The notes under the pieces are model-generated. The model was not told the DNA's origin, searched no databases, and saw only the letters and a list, made by a program, of their open reading frames with translations. From the NCBI GenBank assembly GCA_965644295.1, contig CBFFRP010000001.1, positions 148,743-212,742 on the forward strand: DNA of 64,000 bases, written 5' to 3'. This DNA is from Paraphysomonas bandaiensis (taxonomy: Eukaryota; Protista; Chrysophyceae). The position numbers were made by a program, and so were the translations under genes. Positions 13,201 to 25,675 of the stretch are shown in pieces. How positions within the stretch are numbered: the first letter of the stretch is position 1; every line of letters begins with the position of its first letter.

Positions 13201-13574
13201 GGGGAAGAAGGGGGTAGCAGTGGACAGAAACACAGCATTCCAATCCCGATTATACTACCGGTAAACGCCTGTTTAATTGTGCTATTGTACAGTTGAACCT
13301 ATCGCTTGATCATGTCGTATGTGCCGCATTCTCGTAGTTTCTGATATATTTGCTCATATTTGTATAGGGCCCCAAGCATGTGGTGGAGGCTGAGATGCTT
13401 TCTATAGACCCGATGGGAAGGGCTGGACAGGTTCTGGTACTGCTAGGGAGTTCTTCGAGGTTTGTCACTATGTCACGTCACCGTAATATTCATTGATCGT
13501 TCTTCCTCAGTTCTGTCCCTGTTCTTGCCGCTACCGTTCGCATGCCAGTGAGTGAGCCCAGTATCAGTTTTTAA
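10231..13574 (+). CDS. BBS1: Bardet-Biedl syndrome 1 protein (BBSome subunit), ~20 short introns
   Basis: Spliced motifs WLHAWYDPLAGI, GDLNS|DGDNKLL, PSVAVAAGSHIFIYRHLRPY, KKDSDDEDAVSLLVVGTE, FGVYGRE|DNSL, KTKLFVEQTQRE, FQRDLCKMRLETARAYVK, ending RMPVSEPSISF*. Confidence 0.93.
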
Positions 13575-14342
13575 GCATTCAGTGTAACCATTGAAGTTAT
13601 CAGTTTTTGAATGGATATGTTAACTGATAGGGCAGTTGTTTGTGATACAGGCCTACTCTCTTTGTGCTGTACGTTAATAATTGTACAGTGTATTTCTTCT
13701 TGGTAATTTCCCGGCATCTATGAACCTCCGGTTAGTTAAATCTATGGAACTGTGCTATTTCTGGGTTGGTTGTATGGGTCTCTCTTGAATAGGGTTTTCA
13801 TATGATTGATGTAGTTCCGGAACTGACGGGAACTATATCAGTGTATCCCCTATACAATTTTAGAAACTCGTGCTTTATGGGAAACACTACCTATCCTACC
13901 AAATAATGATGATACTAGAATAGTGTTACCGTACATGACAGCGTAGAATAAAGTGTTGCATTGCGTAAAATGGTGCAAGCAGTTGACAATGGTGTTGATG
14001 GGTCTAACTTGGACGAGCTGGATGACATAACTAGCGAGTCGCTGGAAGTATAATTTTGAAGAAGTTGAGTTTTTATGCGTTTAGCAATTAATAATGTAGT
14101 GGATGTAGAGAAATCTTGTTTTTAATGACATTAGTTACAGATCAACACCGTGAGTATGTAACAACGTAATATATATATGCATACTACTACCATATAATAT
14201 ATTATCGTGCTATGTTTAATAGTACAAAGTTTCTACTATTGACTAATTAAAAATACTTAAAAGCGACAATCAACTGAACTTCTGGCACGTTTATCAGTAA
14301 TAATAGATGCAGAATAAACTGCACCAGTGTCTACACACAGTA

Positions 14343-15056
14343 GACGTTTTAGAGTCAGAACTAATAATGTAACATTGAAAATTTAAAAGTTACTAACTAT
14401 AGTACCTAGTACTTAGCTCTGATATCCTACTATTTAACGCTACGAAAGCTGCTTGTGCGTCACCACAAACACCAAGGTGCAACCACTTTCGCTCTATCAC
14501 TCAGTAAGCAAGCAGAATGTTGATATACCTAACATCTGCTTACTTCAGGATTTTTAATCCTCAAGGTGAACAGCCTGAATGCTTGACCTCGTTCGCCCCA
14601 GGCACAACTCGTAGCCCGCGCCATCTTCAGATATGCCGGAGTCCCAACCCACCCCCTCGCCCATGTATCTCAAGCTAGAAACACTCGACCCACTAATTCA
14701 GAACCGTGTGCCTCCCCAGTCCCCAGAGCCCTGCAGATCCTTACCCCAAGGAACGCCTCTCTACATCTGCACTTCACGGACTCACGTTCATAGAGATCTT
14801 TTCCCTCACATACAAGGACGGAAGTGGTCGCACCTTGGTGCTTGCGGCGACGCACAGGCAACTTTTGTAGCGTTACATAGTAGGATATGTGAATTTGTAC
14901 TAGTTAGTAACAGGTAGAAGTATATCTAGCTTGACTAGTTTTCATCAAGCTACTTATCTATAAGACTTTCATTACTGCACAGTACTCTCGTGGGTTGTAT
15001 GCCATAAGCCAAGTTCATAGGAACTCGGCTAGCTACGTGTTCTCCAATTCTGAATC
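14343..15056 (+). mobile_element. Hairpin-ITR repeat family, copy 2 (non-autonomous)
   Basis: Inner inverted repeats 14422-14486 and 14824-14888; inverted paralog of 8098-9057; remnant LIQNRVP...DPYPKER before the right ITR. Confidence 0.85.
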
Positions 15057-15511
15057 ATAACCAGCGTTGTCCGAACGCGTAGCTACAGTAAGCACATAAA
15101 GTGCAAGAACGGATAAATGTAGCCGTGATTATAAAAGATACTGGTCTACACTAGTGTTACTGGCGTAGAGCCTAGATTATAACAGATATATTATACAGTG
15201 CGTACTGGATTAAAATTTATTCGAAAAGTGGTGTAGAGCGAGAATTCATAGTACGAGTTATCGACGATCATAAGAATGTAACAATTTACGAACCTCGCCT
15301 GCGAGATATTTTCTTCTACATTTTCTATCTAACCGACATTAGCTATAAGTGATTAATCTTAAAATCTATTGAAATGTCAATGAGTTCTGACCAGGCTATA
15401 ATATGTGGCTTGACTGTGTAAATACACGTAATGTCAAAAACATTTTTGTTCAAGTAGTATGCCAGTATCAAGCATTCCACCTTGTTTTTGAGTCATGCCA
15501 AGGCACAACAT

Positions 15512-16641
15512 TCAGTTTACAGAATTTCCCCAAATCTGTATTGTGTTGTCATAAAATGAGCATGTGGCTACCGACCAAAGTAATTTTTCCTCGTCGCTAC
15601 TAATATCTTGACAGCATTGTAGTTTCAACCAGTCCATCCCGTAAGTTAACCTGTCCGTATTATCATCTACAAGTGCACTGACTTGTTCCAGACCGTTCTC
15701 ATCGGAGTATTCGTATAATGACGCGCCCCCATGCATGCAAGCTGTAGCCAGGAAGGATTTCCCTCTGTTCCGATGCATATCATCCAACAACTTCCACTTG
15801 ACCCGCCAGACACCACCAGCTGTAATAACACAAATATATAGGCAGCATAAAGAACAGTCCAGTTCAACAGACACCTGCAACACGCACCTGTCTCTTGTTC
15901 ATGAAGTGGGGAGTCCATGTACCTGTCGTCCCATATTCTCACAGATCCGTCGTAGCTTCCCACAGCTAAGAGATGCGCATATGATAGTGAAGGGTTCCAC
16001 TGCGCGCTTGTAATACCAGCTGTATAATGCTTTGCAGAGGCGTGAACGGGGGAGACAGGGCAGCGGGTATCCCACAGCTTTAAGTACAAATCGTCTCCTC
16101 CACTCACCAACAATTCCGGGTTGTGTGGACTGAAGGCAGTTATCCATGCTGGAACATGTTCACCAAACATGCAGTGAGCGTCCTGGATGCAAATAACCTC
16201 ACGTAAACCCGATGAATCTACGGTATAGACTGCCACGCAGCCGTGCTCGTAAGAAACGGCAACATTTCCATTGCATGAATCTGACGAGCCTACACTGTCC
16301 CAACAAAGAGATAAAGCTAAGCCGGCATCTCGACTACTTTCATAAGTTTTAATATGAGTGAGTGTGCTATCTGATTGGGAGTACAAAGCAATATGTCCAT
16401 TGGAGAGGGCACATGCGAGAAGGTTCCCTTTATATTTCATGTCGAGAACACCAGCATCGGTATCAACACAGTGAGCGATGCCATCTTTATTGCAAATAGC
16501 AACAGCACCCTTTCTAGTATGTGTATCTTCGTTTAACTCATACATTCCGCACGTGAAGCATTCGGTATCGTTTTGTGACGGCAATGAAGTCACTTCAATG
16601 CTACAGCAGTGTATAGGAGCTTTGAACGAGGAAAGCAACAT
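15512..16641 (-). CDS. DPH7: WD40 diphthine methylesterase (DPH7/RRT2/WDR85); one intron 15820-15887
   Basis: CGMYEL, GVLDMK, AWITAF, VSGGDD..LKLWDTR, AGIT, VGSYD..VRIWD, GGVWRVKW, ACMHGG, LTYGMDW, ATCSFYD: the full DPH7 motif series. Confidence 0.9.
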
Positions 16642-19015
16642 CACCGCAGAATGAGACTTTAGAATTGTTCAATAAGAAGCAGACATAGTTGGTTTGGTTG
16701 TAAGTTAAGGCAGTGGCTCCTCGTAATAATCTTGAATGGCTCCTCTTCCTACTCTGTAGTCATCATATACCGTATCGGACGTACTACAGCAGTAGGAATA
16801 ATGTATAAACAGAAATACATATATACCATATATACAATGCGGGAGTACGTGAAATTCTGTCACACTCATGTATACCTTTCAGTTTGTGTCGGTTGTAGAT
16901 GTGTGTTTTTGGAATACGGTGTTGTATTATGTGAAGTGTGTATGTATCATATAACGCATCTCTTCATATGTTACTTTAAACTATCAACAGTGCCATGAAA
17001 GGAGATGATATCCACACCAGAAACAGAAGAATATCTTCTTCACCGTCGTGTTTCTTTCAACCTCTGCTCTGAAGCGATCCAGGTTCTTGTATGCATGTGA
17101 GGGTGACTGTTAATAGAGCTACATACCCTCTCACATACATACACATGTACACCCCTTGAGACAGGCACACACGTACATACCCACCGTAAAATAACAAATA
17201 TTAGTTATATTATGGTGATAGCGTGCCACTTCACCTATTCTTATTTCACGTATATTAAGGAAGGAGGATTTGGTTATTGTTTGCTTAACTGAGTGAACTA
17301 CGGCCCTCTTCTGATTGCCATTCACACGCGCTGGTACACCACAGTGGCCAAGGTCTTCTGAATTAGTCACAGTACCTCTCTGTATTGCTTTATTTCCCTA
17401 ATTTTCTGGAAACTACGAATATCTTGAAACTTGAAAATAGACCCTAATATATATCTAACAGTGGTTTTCGTAGCTGGCTTATATACAACAATCAACTTTC
17501 TTAGTCAAAAATTTACATATATTTCAAGTGCAAATAATATATATACTGTAGTAGACATACATACTGCGTATATTATTACTACTTAGTATAATATTGAATA
17601 GTACTCACTTACCTCTACTACTAGAACATAGCCTACTATAGAAACTGCCATAACTGAAATTACCAACATCCTTACATTCCATTCCTAACTCCCGATACAA
17701 TTCTTTCAAAGCACTTTCATATACTCTACAAAACTATTAGGATTCAGCTTACAAATACATGATGCTGGACTAGAAGGATGGCCTCACAATATGGCACCTC
17801 TGCAGTTTTTATTGACTAGTGACAGCTACTCTGGTTTTTACTCTCAGTGTGTATAGTTCATATTATCTACAGTTCACTGATTATTTCATTGAGGGGGCGT
17901 ATTAGGATTCAGTTTAATACAAGATTGGAATCGCATTTCAGTACACTCCCATGCTCGTTTAAGAAAGAATTCTATTGTCTTTCTTGCACGTAGATGAGAA
18001 TCATCCCTATCAGCTTTTGTCAAAGCTTGAAGTCCACATAAAAGCCGATATGGTTGGATCCCTTCTTGTCGATTACCAAAATGTCAGAGGTCCCACAAAG
18101 TCTTCACACTAATGCACTATAGCCTTTAACATGTAATGCACTGTAGAGGTCCTCCTGTCATTGGGTATATCATTTGGTCCATCTAATTTCTTCCGGTCGT
18201 TAGCTGTATTGCACTGAACCCCAAAGAACTCCATCACTCGGTCTTTGTTGGCAAAAATTATCAGCTTATCTTCATCATCCAACCATTCAGGATAATGAGA
18301 ACAAAAGCACTACGTCATATGCCTCACTTTGCCAGTATACATTGCCTTTGTTTTGGCATGAATTAAGAGAATGAGAGACGTTCTTGAAGTCGATGAGGAG
18401 GAAGCTCGAGATGTAGCAGGAGAAGTATCATCTGAGAGGACCCATGGTATTAAATACGACAAGATATTCAATGTAGGTTCGATATTAAAGTGAATATGGT
18501 TTCTACGCAGATCACATATATCATACAGATACAACCTTGTATCTTTTGCATACGATTTCTACGTAGAAATCTCCGGAATTCTACTGTATTCTACATAGAA
18601 ATCTCCGGTATTCAGTGTGCCATGATAATTTCACGTACGGTAAAAATCTGATATTTCAGTTTTATTTTGTTGATATTCCAGGCGTAGGTGAAACATAGTC
18701 ACACGCTACCCAAAAAATACTGCCACAGTATTTCACCTACGGTGCATATATGCATATACAGCAGTATTGTTCTTATGTCTTAGGCCACGGCACTGAAACT
18801 CACAAACGGCTAATTATAGCACGAGCAGCAGCGTGCGGAGAGTTTCCAACGGCAATTTACATCAAAATTCGAAATTTTGTACCTTGTATGATTTTTGGCC
18901 TGATGGAGTGTGACTTGAGTCCGAGTGACAATAACACCCTGCTGTTTAAATATCTTCCAACCTGATTTACAACAATTCAGTAGTCTCAGAGAGATACCTG
19001 CTCTGCAGTGCGGTC

Positions 19016-20775
19016 ATGAACACTTCCTCCGCTTCTTCAAATGAATCGAGCATGAATAACGCTACAGTGGCGCTGAAGGAGCACATTGACCAGAGCACAC
19101 AGAATTCAAAATCTGATACCCCGAAAGAGCAGCCACAACCCACTGTAAATAATATGTCTTATACCAAACGATCTAATAAATCAATTTCAGGATTGTGTCT
19201 CTAAAAGATCTCAAAGTGAAGACGAGAAAGTTTTCTGTAATTGTAAGAAGTCGAGATGCCTTAAACTGTAAGATGCATACACTCATATATGCCAGAAAAA
19301 CTGACACGATTGCGTAATTATGTTATATAGATATTGCCAATGTTTTGCGGCGAAAATAGTGTGTAATTCTTCATGCAATTGCATTGCTTGTGCGAATATA
19401 GTGGGGAACGAGAAAGTTCGTGAAGATGCAGTCAAATTAATACTGGAAAGGAATCCCAATGCTTTCGATTGCAAATTTAAGACGACGGTACATGACTTTA
19501 TCTATATTTTCTCTGTAATTAGCTATTGTAAAGGAAACGACTGCAACGGGAAACTTATCTCACAAAACAGGGTGCCGGTGCCGCAAGTCCATGTGCCTTA
19601 AAAAATATTGCGAATGCTTCAACGTTAGTACTTCACGTCATTTACTCTTATCTTATTATGTAAACCCCATTACTTCAGGAGGGTGTACTATGTAGTTCAA
19701 GCTGCACATGTTTGCAATGTGCGAATGATGGCAGTGGACGGGTCCCATTGAAGCCCCCTAAGGAGCCGAAAGATAGGTAGCCTCGGAATATGCTTGTAGT
19801 TGCAGACCTAATCTAACTACAAATATACAGTCGTACTTCAAAGAAAGTACCATCTAACAGCGAAGATGTAATCATGCGTGCAGCTGAAGTGCGTTTTAAG
19901 AAGTGTATATTGTCTTCTTGTATTCACTGTGCTGTGTACAGGTTCTTCTGCAGGCACGCGACGATGGAAAACAAAAGACATCCCGCCGAGATTCCAGTGA
20001 CAGCACTTCCTCTAGTGCTAGTTCTTCAGAGGACCGCTCTGTCCATGTTAGCAAACGTAAGCGGCAGTGGATAGAGCTTGCAGATCACCAACGCCGCCTC
20101 GGTGAGAATCATCAATCCCAGTCGTCCCTTCTCTCTGCTGATCGACCATCCATCCTATCCCGATTATCCCATCCGCCGAAAAGTCGTGTTTCGCCCCCCC
20201 GTGTTGGAGCTATAGGAGATGGAACAATCTCTGCTGAACCTCTCTCTACGAATAAATTAACATTAGCTCACTCCGCTCGGAAGCCCGCGCGTCCTATTTC
20301 CATCCGCACAGCCTCGCCGAACAGTCTAATATGTGCCTCTGCGTTATCTTTACTTAGCGGAAACGACCTTTCGCCTCGGTCTTTGGGTGCCGAATCTCCT
20401 CCGCACATGTGGGGGGGCAACTCAGATGTAGTCCGGCGTCCTTGTACGAAGGATCGCTTTTCCCCACATACCACTCCCTCCTGTGGCTCCTCGAATGCAT
20501 TCCGGCGTTCCAGATCACTGTCCTCACAGGACAGCACTTCCTCTGAAGATGTAGAGACACCGTACAAAATTCGGCGGTCCATGAGTCTTCGGGATGTTGA
20601 CAGTTTCTCCGACCAGCCTTTGCTGACCTCCATTAACGGAATAAAGTGCTTGTTTCCCAACTCCGATGAAATTTCCTTAAATCATGTAGGCAGCCATGAC
20701 ATTAACCGCAATTGGACGAAGCCCGTTGTTGACGTGATGAAATCCGTATCGACCGTCTCTTCGACTAATTTCTAA
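19016..20775 (+). CDS. CRC-domain (tesmin/TSO1/LIN54-like) DNA-binding protein, ~6 introns
   Basis: CNCKKSRCLKL|YCQCFA...CNCIACAN, hinge ILERNPNAF, GCRCRKSMCLKKYCECF...CTCLQCAN, long Ser/Pro-rich last exon. Confidence 0.9.
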
Positions 20776-21376
20776 GTGCTGAGTTATGGAAAATGATGTA
20801 GATCCGTTGCTGCTGGCTGGATGTTTGATCGTTCTAGCATTGCAGTTTCCGTTGCATCACGAAGCGCACAGTTAGAAGCATGTAGTGGTATGTATTTGCG
20901 CTAAACTGGTGTGCAATTTATAGTAGAAGTAGAACTACTGGCATTGTTAATCTTGTTAGCCCCAGTCTCGGCATTCGTGAAGCAGAACTCGATCGCTTAT
21001 TAGATGATTAGTTAGTACACTTTATTTGCATATATAATAGGTAGTAGATTGTCATTGTTAAAAAGTGTTTCCCAAAGCTTTTTTTGCTTCTTTTCTGGTA
21101 GTACTAATCACATAACAAAAAAAGGTTTATAATATCTATGCTCTCAACTAGTTGACACTGACTCTTGAGGAATGTGTTAAGACTTGGAACTTGCAGACAG
21201 GCTAGCGTAACAATTAATTGGTGACAGGTGTCCAACAATATTAATTGCAATTATTAATCAAGCATCCAATTAATTGCTTTTAATACTATTGATAGATTTT
21301 AGAATAACTTTCTGAACTATAATCTCATCCCAAAGAAACATTATTAACATTTTCAGATTTCAAGGTATCTAGGTTT

Positions 21377-22609
21377 CAGGGCTGCGTATCAATTAATTGT
21401 CAATTAATTGACGCAGGTTGTAGTCAATTAAAATTGCAATTATTACTTGCTGTCTCAATTTCAACTATTGCAATTAACTGCAATTAATTGCAATTATTTA
21501 GTACTAAAATACACTAGCTGCGAATATAGCTACCGCAACTGTCATTTCATTCTAGAGGCAACGATTCATGCGTAAAAACATAATTAGCACTAAATGTTGA
21601 GGAGTCAAGCTCTTGAGCAAGCCCATCATAACAATCGTAGCTCTACTGAACAACCTCTCAACCTTATTGGTTGTGCTATGCAAGTGTTTCATCCGTAACG
21701 AGTTTGCTGGTTAAGTCTTGCTCGCTTCCGCTGCCTGCTACCATCAAACAAACGTTGCGCTGCGTCGTCATTCGGAGCTAGACTCGCACCGTCATAATCT
21801 TCTTCTTCCTCATCGAACAAATATATTTTAGTTTGATCCTTTGCCGTCCGAGTTACGGCTTCGTTGCCACATTGAATCTTCACGACTGCCTTTTCGAAAG
21901 CAGCGTTATGAATAATAGCAGCACCGTCGCCCAGATGACGCTCAACAATCGGGTGCATTATGAAGGGTTCGTCAATCAATGTGCAAACGTCGTGGAAGTC
22001 AAGCTGGTGTTAACCTTACTTCTGTAATTGTACAACACTTATTTTTATAATACAGGGCATAATATACATGTATATACTCTGTATATAGGTGGATAGTCCT
22101 ACAATTAGACTTTTAACACATCGGAACCAAACTCGAATGATCGCATATGATTAGAAGCAAGTAGCGATCAATCACGGAAAATGTGGAGCCCCTTTCCTGC
22201 AAGACAAATCTCTATTGTAGCCTCTTCGTTGTTATTATCATCATTTACTTTCTCAAATAACACTCGTGCAATGACTTCTGGTGCCAATTTGTCGCTCCTA
22301 TCGCTAATTAATTAAATGAATTACTATGTGAGATAATCCTATGGATATTATAGTCTTTCACCAATCTTCGATTTTTATCCAAAAATTGGATATTTTTACT
22401 AAACATGCCGTTTTTTAACAACTTTTCAGCATAAAAAGGTGGGGTTTTTAATATCAATTAATTGCAATTAATTGACAATTAATTGAAGCCAGCTGGAGTC
22501 AATTATAATTGCAATTATGAATCGATGTCCCAATTTCAACAATTGCAATTTCAATAATTGACAATTAATTGCAATTAATTGAAAATCAATTAATTGATAC
22601 GCAGCCCTG
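21377..22609 (-). mobile_element. Non-autonomous hAT element (CAATTAATTG family)
   Basis: Perfect 23-bp TIR CAGGGCTGCGTATCAATTAATTG; 8-bp TSD CTAGGTTT (21369-21376 and 22610-22617); transposase remnants HLGDGAAIIHNAAFEKAVVKIQ and NKVERLFSRA. Confidence 0.95.
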
Positions 22610-23906
22610 CTAGGTTTTATTCGCTTGCAAAACTCTAGTCACATAACAATCTTAGCTTTGCTAAACAACCTTTTTCACAAACATTGGTAGAGCTATACGA
22701 ATACTTCATGCAACAATGATATATCGTATTGGAAGTTTGATGCGGGCTTTTTGGCGCTTTCGGTTGTCTTTAAGTAAACGAATGGCGTCGTCTTCCTCCT
22801 CCCCATCTTTTTCTTCATCAAGTTCACCTTCATGTGCAGGTACCTCATTTATCAAAAAGCGTCGCACCTGTGCGTTTTCAGCGCGGTTCAGTTCTTCTTC
22901 CCTACCGCACTGAATTTCACTACTACTCTCTCGAAATCTGCATTTTGAACAATTTTCGTGTCTGCACCCAGGTGAAATTTCATCCCAGGGTACTGACCAA
23001 TTAAAACATCAAATTTGTACCACGAAAGCGCACGAGCAGGGTAAGTAGTACTGTTCATAAAGGTGATGGCGGGGTCGTCGAATCCCAGTAGAAAGCAGAT
23101 CTGATACCTCCCGCTGTTGCTGAACTTCGTCAGGAAATGATGTCCGGACTAGCAGAGCTTCGCGTGATCTTTTGATGAGAAAAATGATGATCATCTACCT
23201 GCAGATGGTCCTCCACCTGCTTATGATCCTCCGCCTACTAGTAATGTGCCCCCAACGGCTGTTGCCGCGTCGTCTCTCCGAGCATAGGTGAAGATCGCTA
23301 TATTATGCGTATATATGCAATGTATCCAAAATCAGGCTATTCGGTTGGAGCGTTTCCAATCTCAAGAGAGGCAATAATGCAGCTATATATATGAGAATAA
23401 TATAGTATTATTACAAAACACAAGTGGCAGAGCCAACTTGTAACGCAATAAATATTGCTAATAACAGCTATACTTGCGCTTTTTCTTTATCTTTAACCTC
23501 TCAGGTACAAATTACAGTAAAACAGTAACTCAATACTTATATATGAAACCTGGTGAAATTGCTTTTTACCAGGTTTTAAGTATTACCTCGACATCGCGTC
23601 AGTGCCCAAGTGAAATTTCATCCCAGGGTACTGACGAATTAAATCATCAAATTTGTTCATTCGATGCCATCCTGTTGAATAAATATAAGAATGATAAGTA
23701 AGGCTACCCAATGCTTCTAGTCCATTATTGTTGTACACACACTACACGGATCCTCTGTATTAAGAAAAGGTATTCTTGCACATACATACTTCTCTCCCCC
23801 TCTGATAGTGGTACCTAACGGATACAACTATAACGTCATTTACACAACTATACTTGAATATTTCGAAGTAGTTGAATATGCTGTCATATTATATGCTATG
23901 TATCTA

Positions 23907-24933
23907 AAGTCGAGGTAATATACCAAAACCTGGTAAAAAGCAATTTCACCAGGTTTCATATATAAGTATTGAGTTATTATTTTACTGTAATTTGTATCTG
24001 AGAGGTTAAAGATAAAGAAAAAGTCGCAAGTATAGTTGTTATTAGCAGTATTTATTGCGTTACAAGTTGGCCCTCCTGCTACATCTGCTTCGCTTGAGAC
24101 TGCAAACGCTCCAACCGAATAGCCTGATTTTGGATACATTGCATACGCATATAGCTATCTTTACCACTACTACTTACAGTCAGTAGTATTAGTACCTATG
24201 CTCGGAAACGACGCGGCAACAGCCGCTGGGGGCACATTACTAGTAGGTGGAGGATCATAAGCAGGTGAAGGATCATAAGCAGTTAGTACAGTGTATAGCA
24301 ACAACGCACAACAATAATCAGAACAATACCGTATATATACAAAATACGACCCCGTCACCATCTTTATGAACAGTATTACTTACCCTGCTCGTGCGCTTTC
24401 ATGGTATCTCTTCCTCCGCCTCCGGGTCGTCATTCGATATGTCGCCATGAATGTCGACGACATTCTTCTTCCCGTTGCACTTCTCCTACACCATCATATA
24501 TACACAGTTAGTACAGTGTATAGTAACAACGCACAACAATAATCAGAACAATACCGCATATATACGACATACTACCCCGTCACCATCTGTGGGTGTGAGA
24601 TGGTATATGGGTGTATAGTGAGATGGTATGTGGGTGTATTTTGAGATGGTATAGTGGTGTTTAGTGAGATGGTAAAGTGGTGTATAGTGAGATGGTTATA
24701 GTTCATACTTGTAAACTGTATGTGTAATATATATATGTGTAGTCGGTGACTTTTATTGCTGTAAAACGGAAGTAATATGGAAGAAATTAGTAAAAAATAT
24801 TATAAATAATACTTTTCATACTGTTATTATCTTCATAGTTACTTATTGTGCATAGTTATACCCTTTTCCAACCATCATCAAAAATTTCACCAGGTTTTAC
24901 ATCAAAAACCAGGTTTTGGTATTACCTCGACTT
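23907..24933. mobile_element. TIR element with AGTCGAGGTAATA..CCAAAACCTGGT ends (superfamily unassigned); inverted partial copy at ~23020-23592
   Basis: ~27-bp TIRs at both ends; internal direct repeat (~24280-24362 and ~24505-24587) and a GTGAGATGGTA minisatellite; absent from the paralogous hAT segment at ~47040-47140. Confidence 0.7.
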
Positions 24934-25675
24934 CTAGACGATCGTTATAGAGGTGCTCAGATTGTTTTTTGCCAACGATCTTTGACATATTATCTCTTGC
25001 ATGCTGATTACGATTAATACAATGATAATACTACTATATATGCTAACATAATATAATGGGTATGTACCTAAGATCAGTAGCTAGATATTATTGTAAGATG
25101 CTATATATAATTTAGTCATCCAATTAATTGGCAACATTTACCAATAATAATAATTGAAATTATCACTTTTAAAGCCAATTAATTTAATTGGAAATCCAAT
25201 TAATCATTGTTACGCAAGCCTGCTACCTATAATGGTCATTAATATCTATCTACTCGCCCGGCAGGTTGTAGTCAATTGTAATTGCAATTAGTACTTGCTG
25301 TCCCAATTAATTGGTAACCATAAATGGTAATACCATTATAACTGCAAGGACGTGATATTATTTTGTTAATGGCCATTATTTTTCATCGTTATGTTGTAGC
25401 CTTTACTAACTAGTTACTACCGTTCATTTCTTCTGATTAGCGCCCAACATATATCAATATATTGCAAAATAATTAACAATTATTATTGGTCTTGAAAATA
25501 CTTTTTGTTGTTGGCAATATATTGTTGACTGGGCCTGCTACAATACAGCCTAGCATACGACATCCATTAATAACTAAATAATCTAGGATATTACACTTAT
25601 AATTCGCATATACTATCTTACCCAAACTATTCGTATAAATTCTTTCGTATTTTATAATGGTTGCAACATCCAACA

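Larger units (their letters stand above)
21198..25222 (-). mobile_element. Nested hAT-derived island (outer CAGGCT-ended element(s) with transposase remnants)
   Basis: Ends CAGGCTAGCGTAACAAT (21198) and ATTGTTACGCAAGCCTG (25222); transposase remnant FHLGADTKIVQNADFE... at ~22620-22990. Flanks do not form a TSD, so the two ends may belong to different copies. Confidence 0.65.

Noticed and set aside
14415-14452. Possible hammerhead ribozyme in the ITR (CTGATA...CGAAA)
   Set aside because: Lacks the CUGANGA core and a convincing stem II; not supportable without a covariance-model search
17800-18540. Coding-like minus-strand stretch
   Set aside because: Broken frames and no family recognised; probably decayed TE
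21390-21500. CRISPR-like periodic repeats
   Set aside because: These are hAT subterminal CAATTAATTG motifs with no regular unique spacers; eukaryotic context, no cas genes
21198-25222. Single outer hAT insertion
   Set aside because: Flanks CTTGCAGA and CTACCTAT do not match, so a single insertion event is not demonstrated
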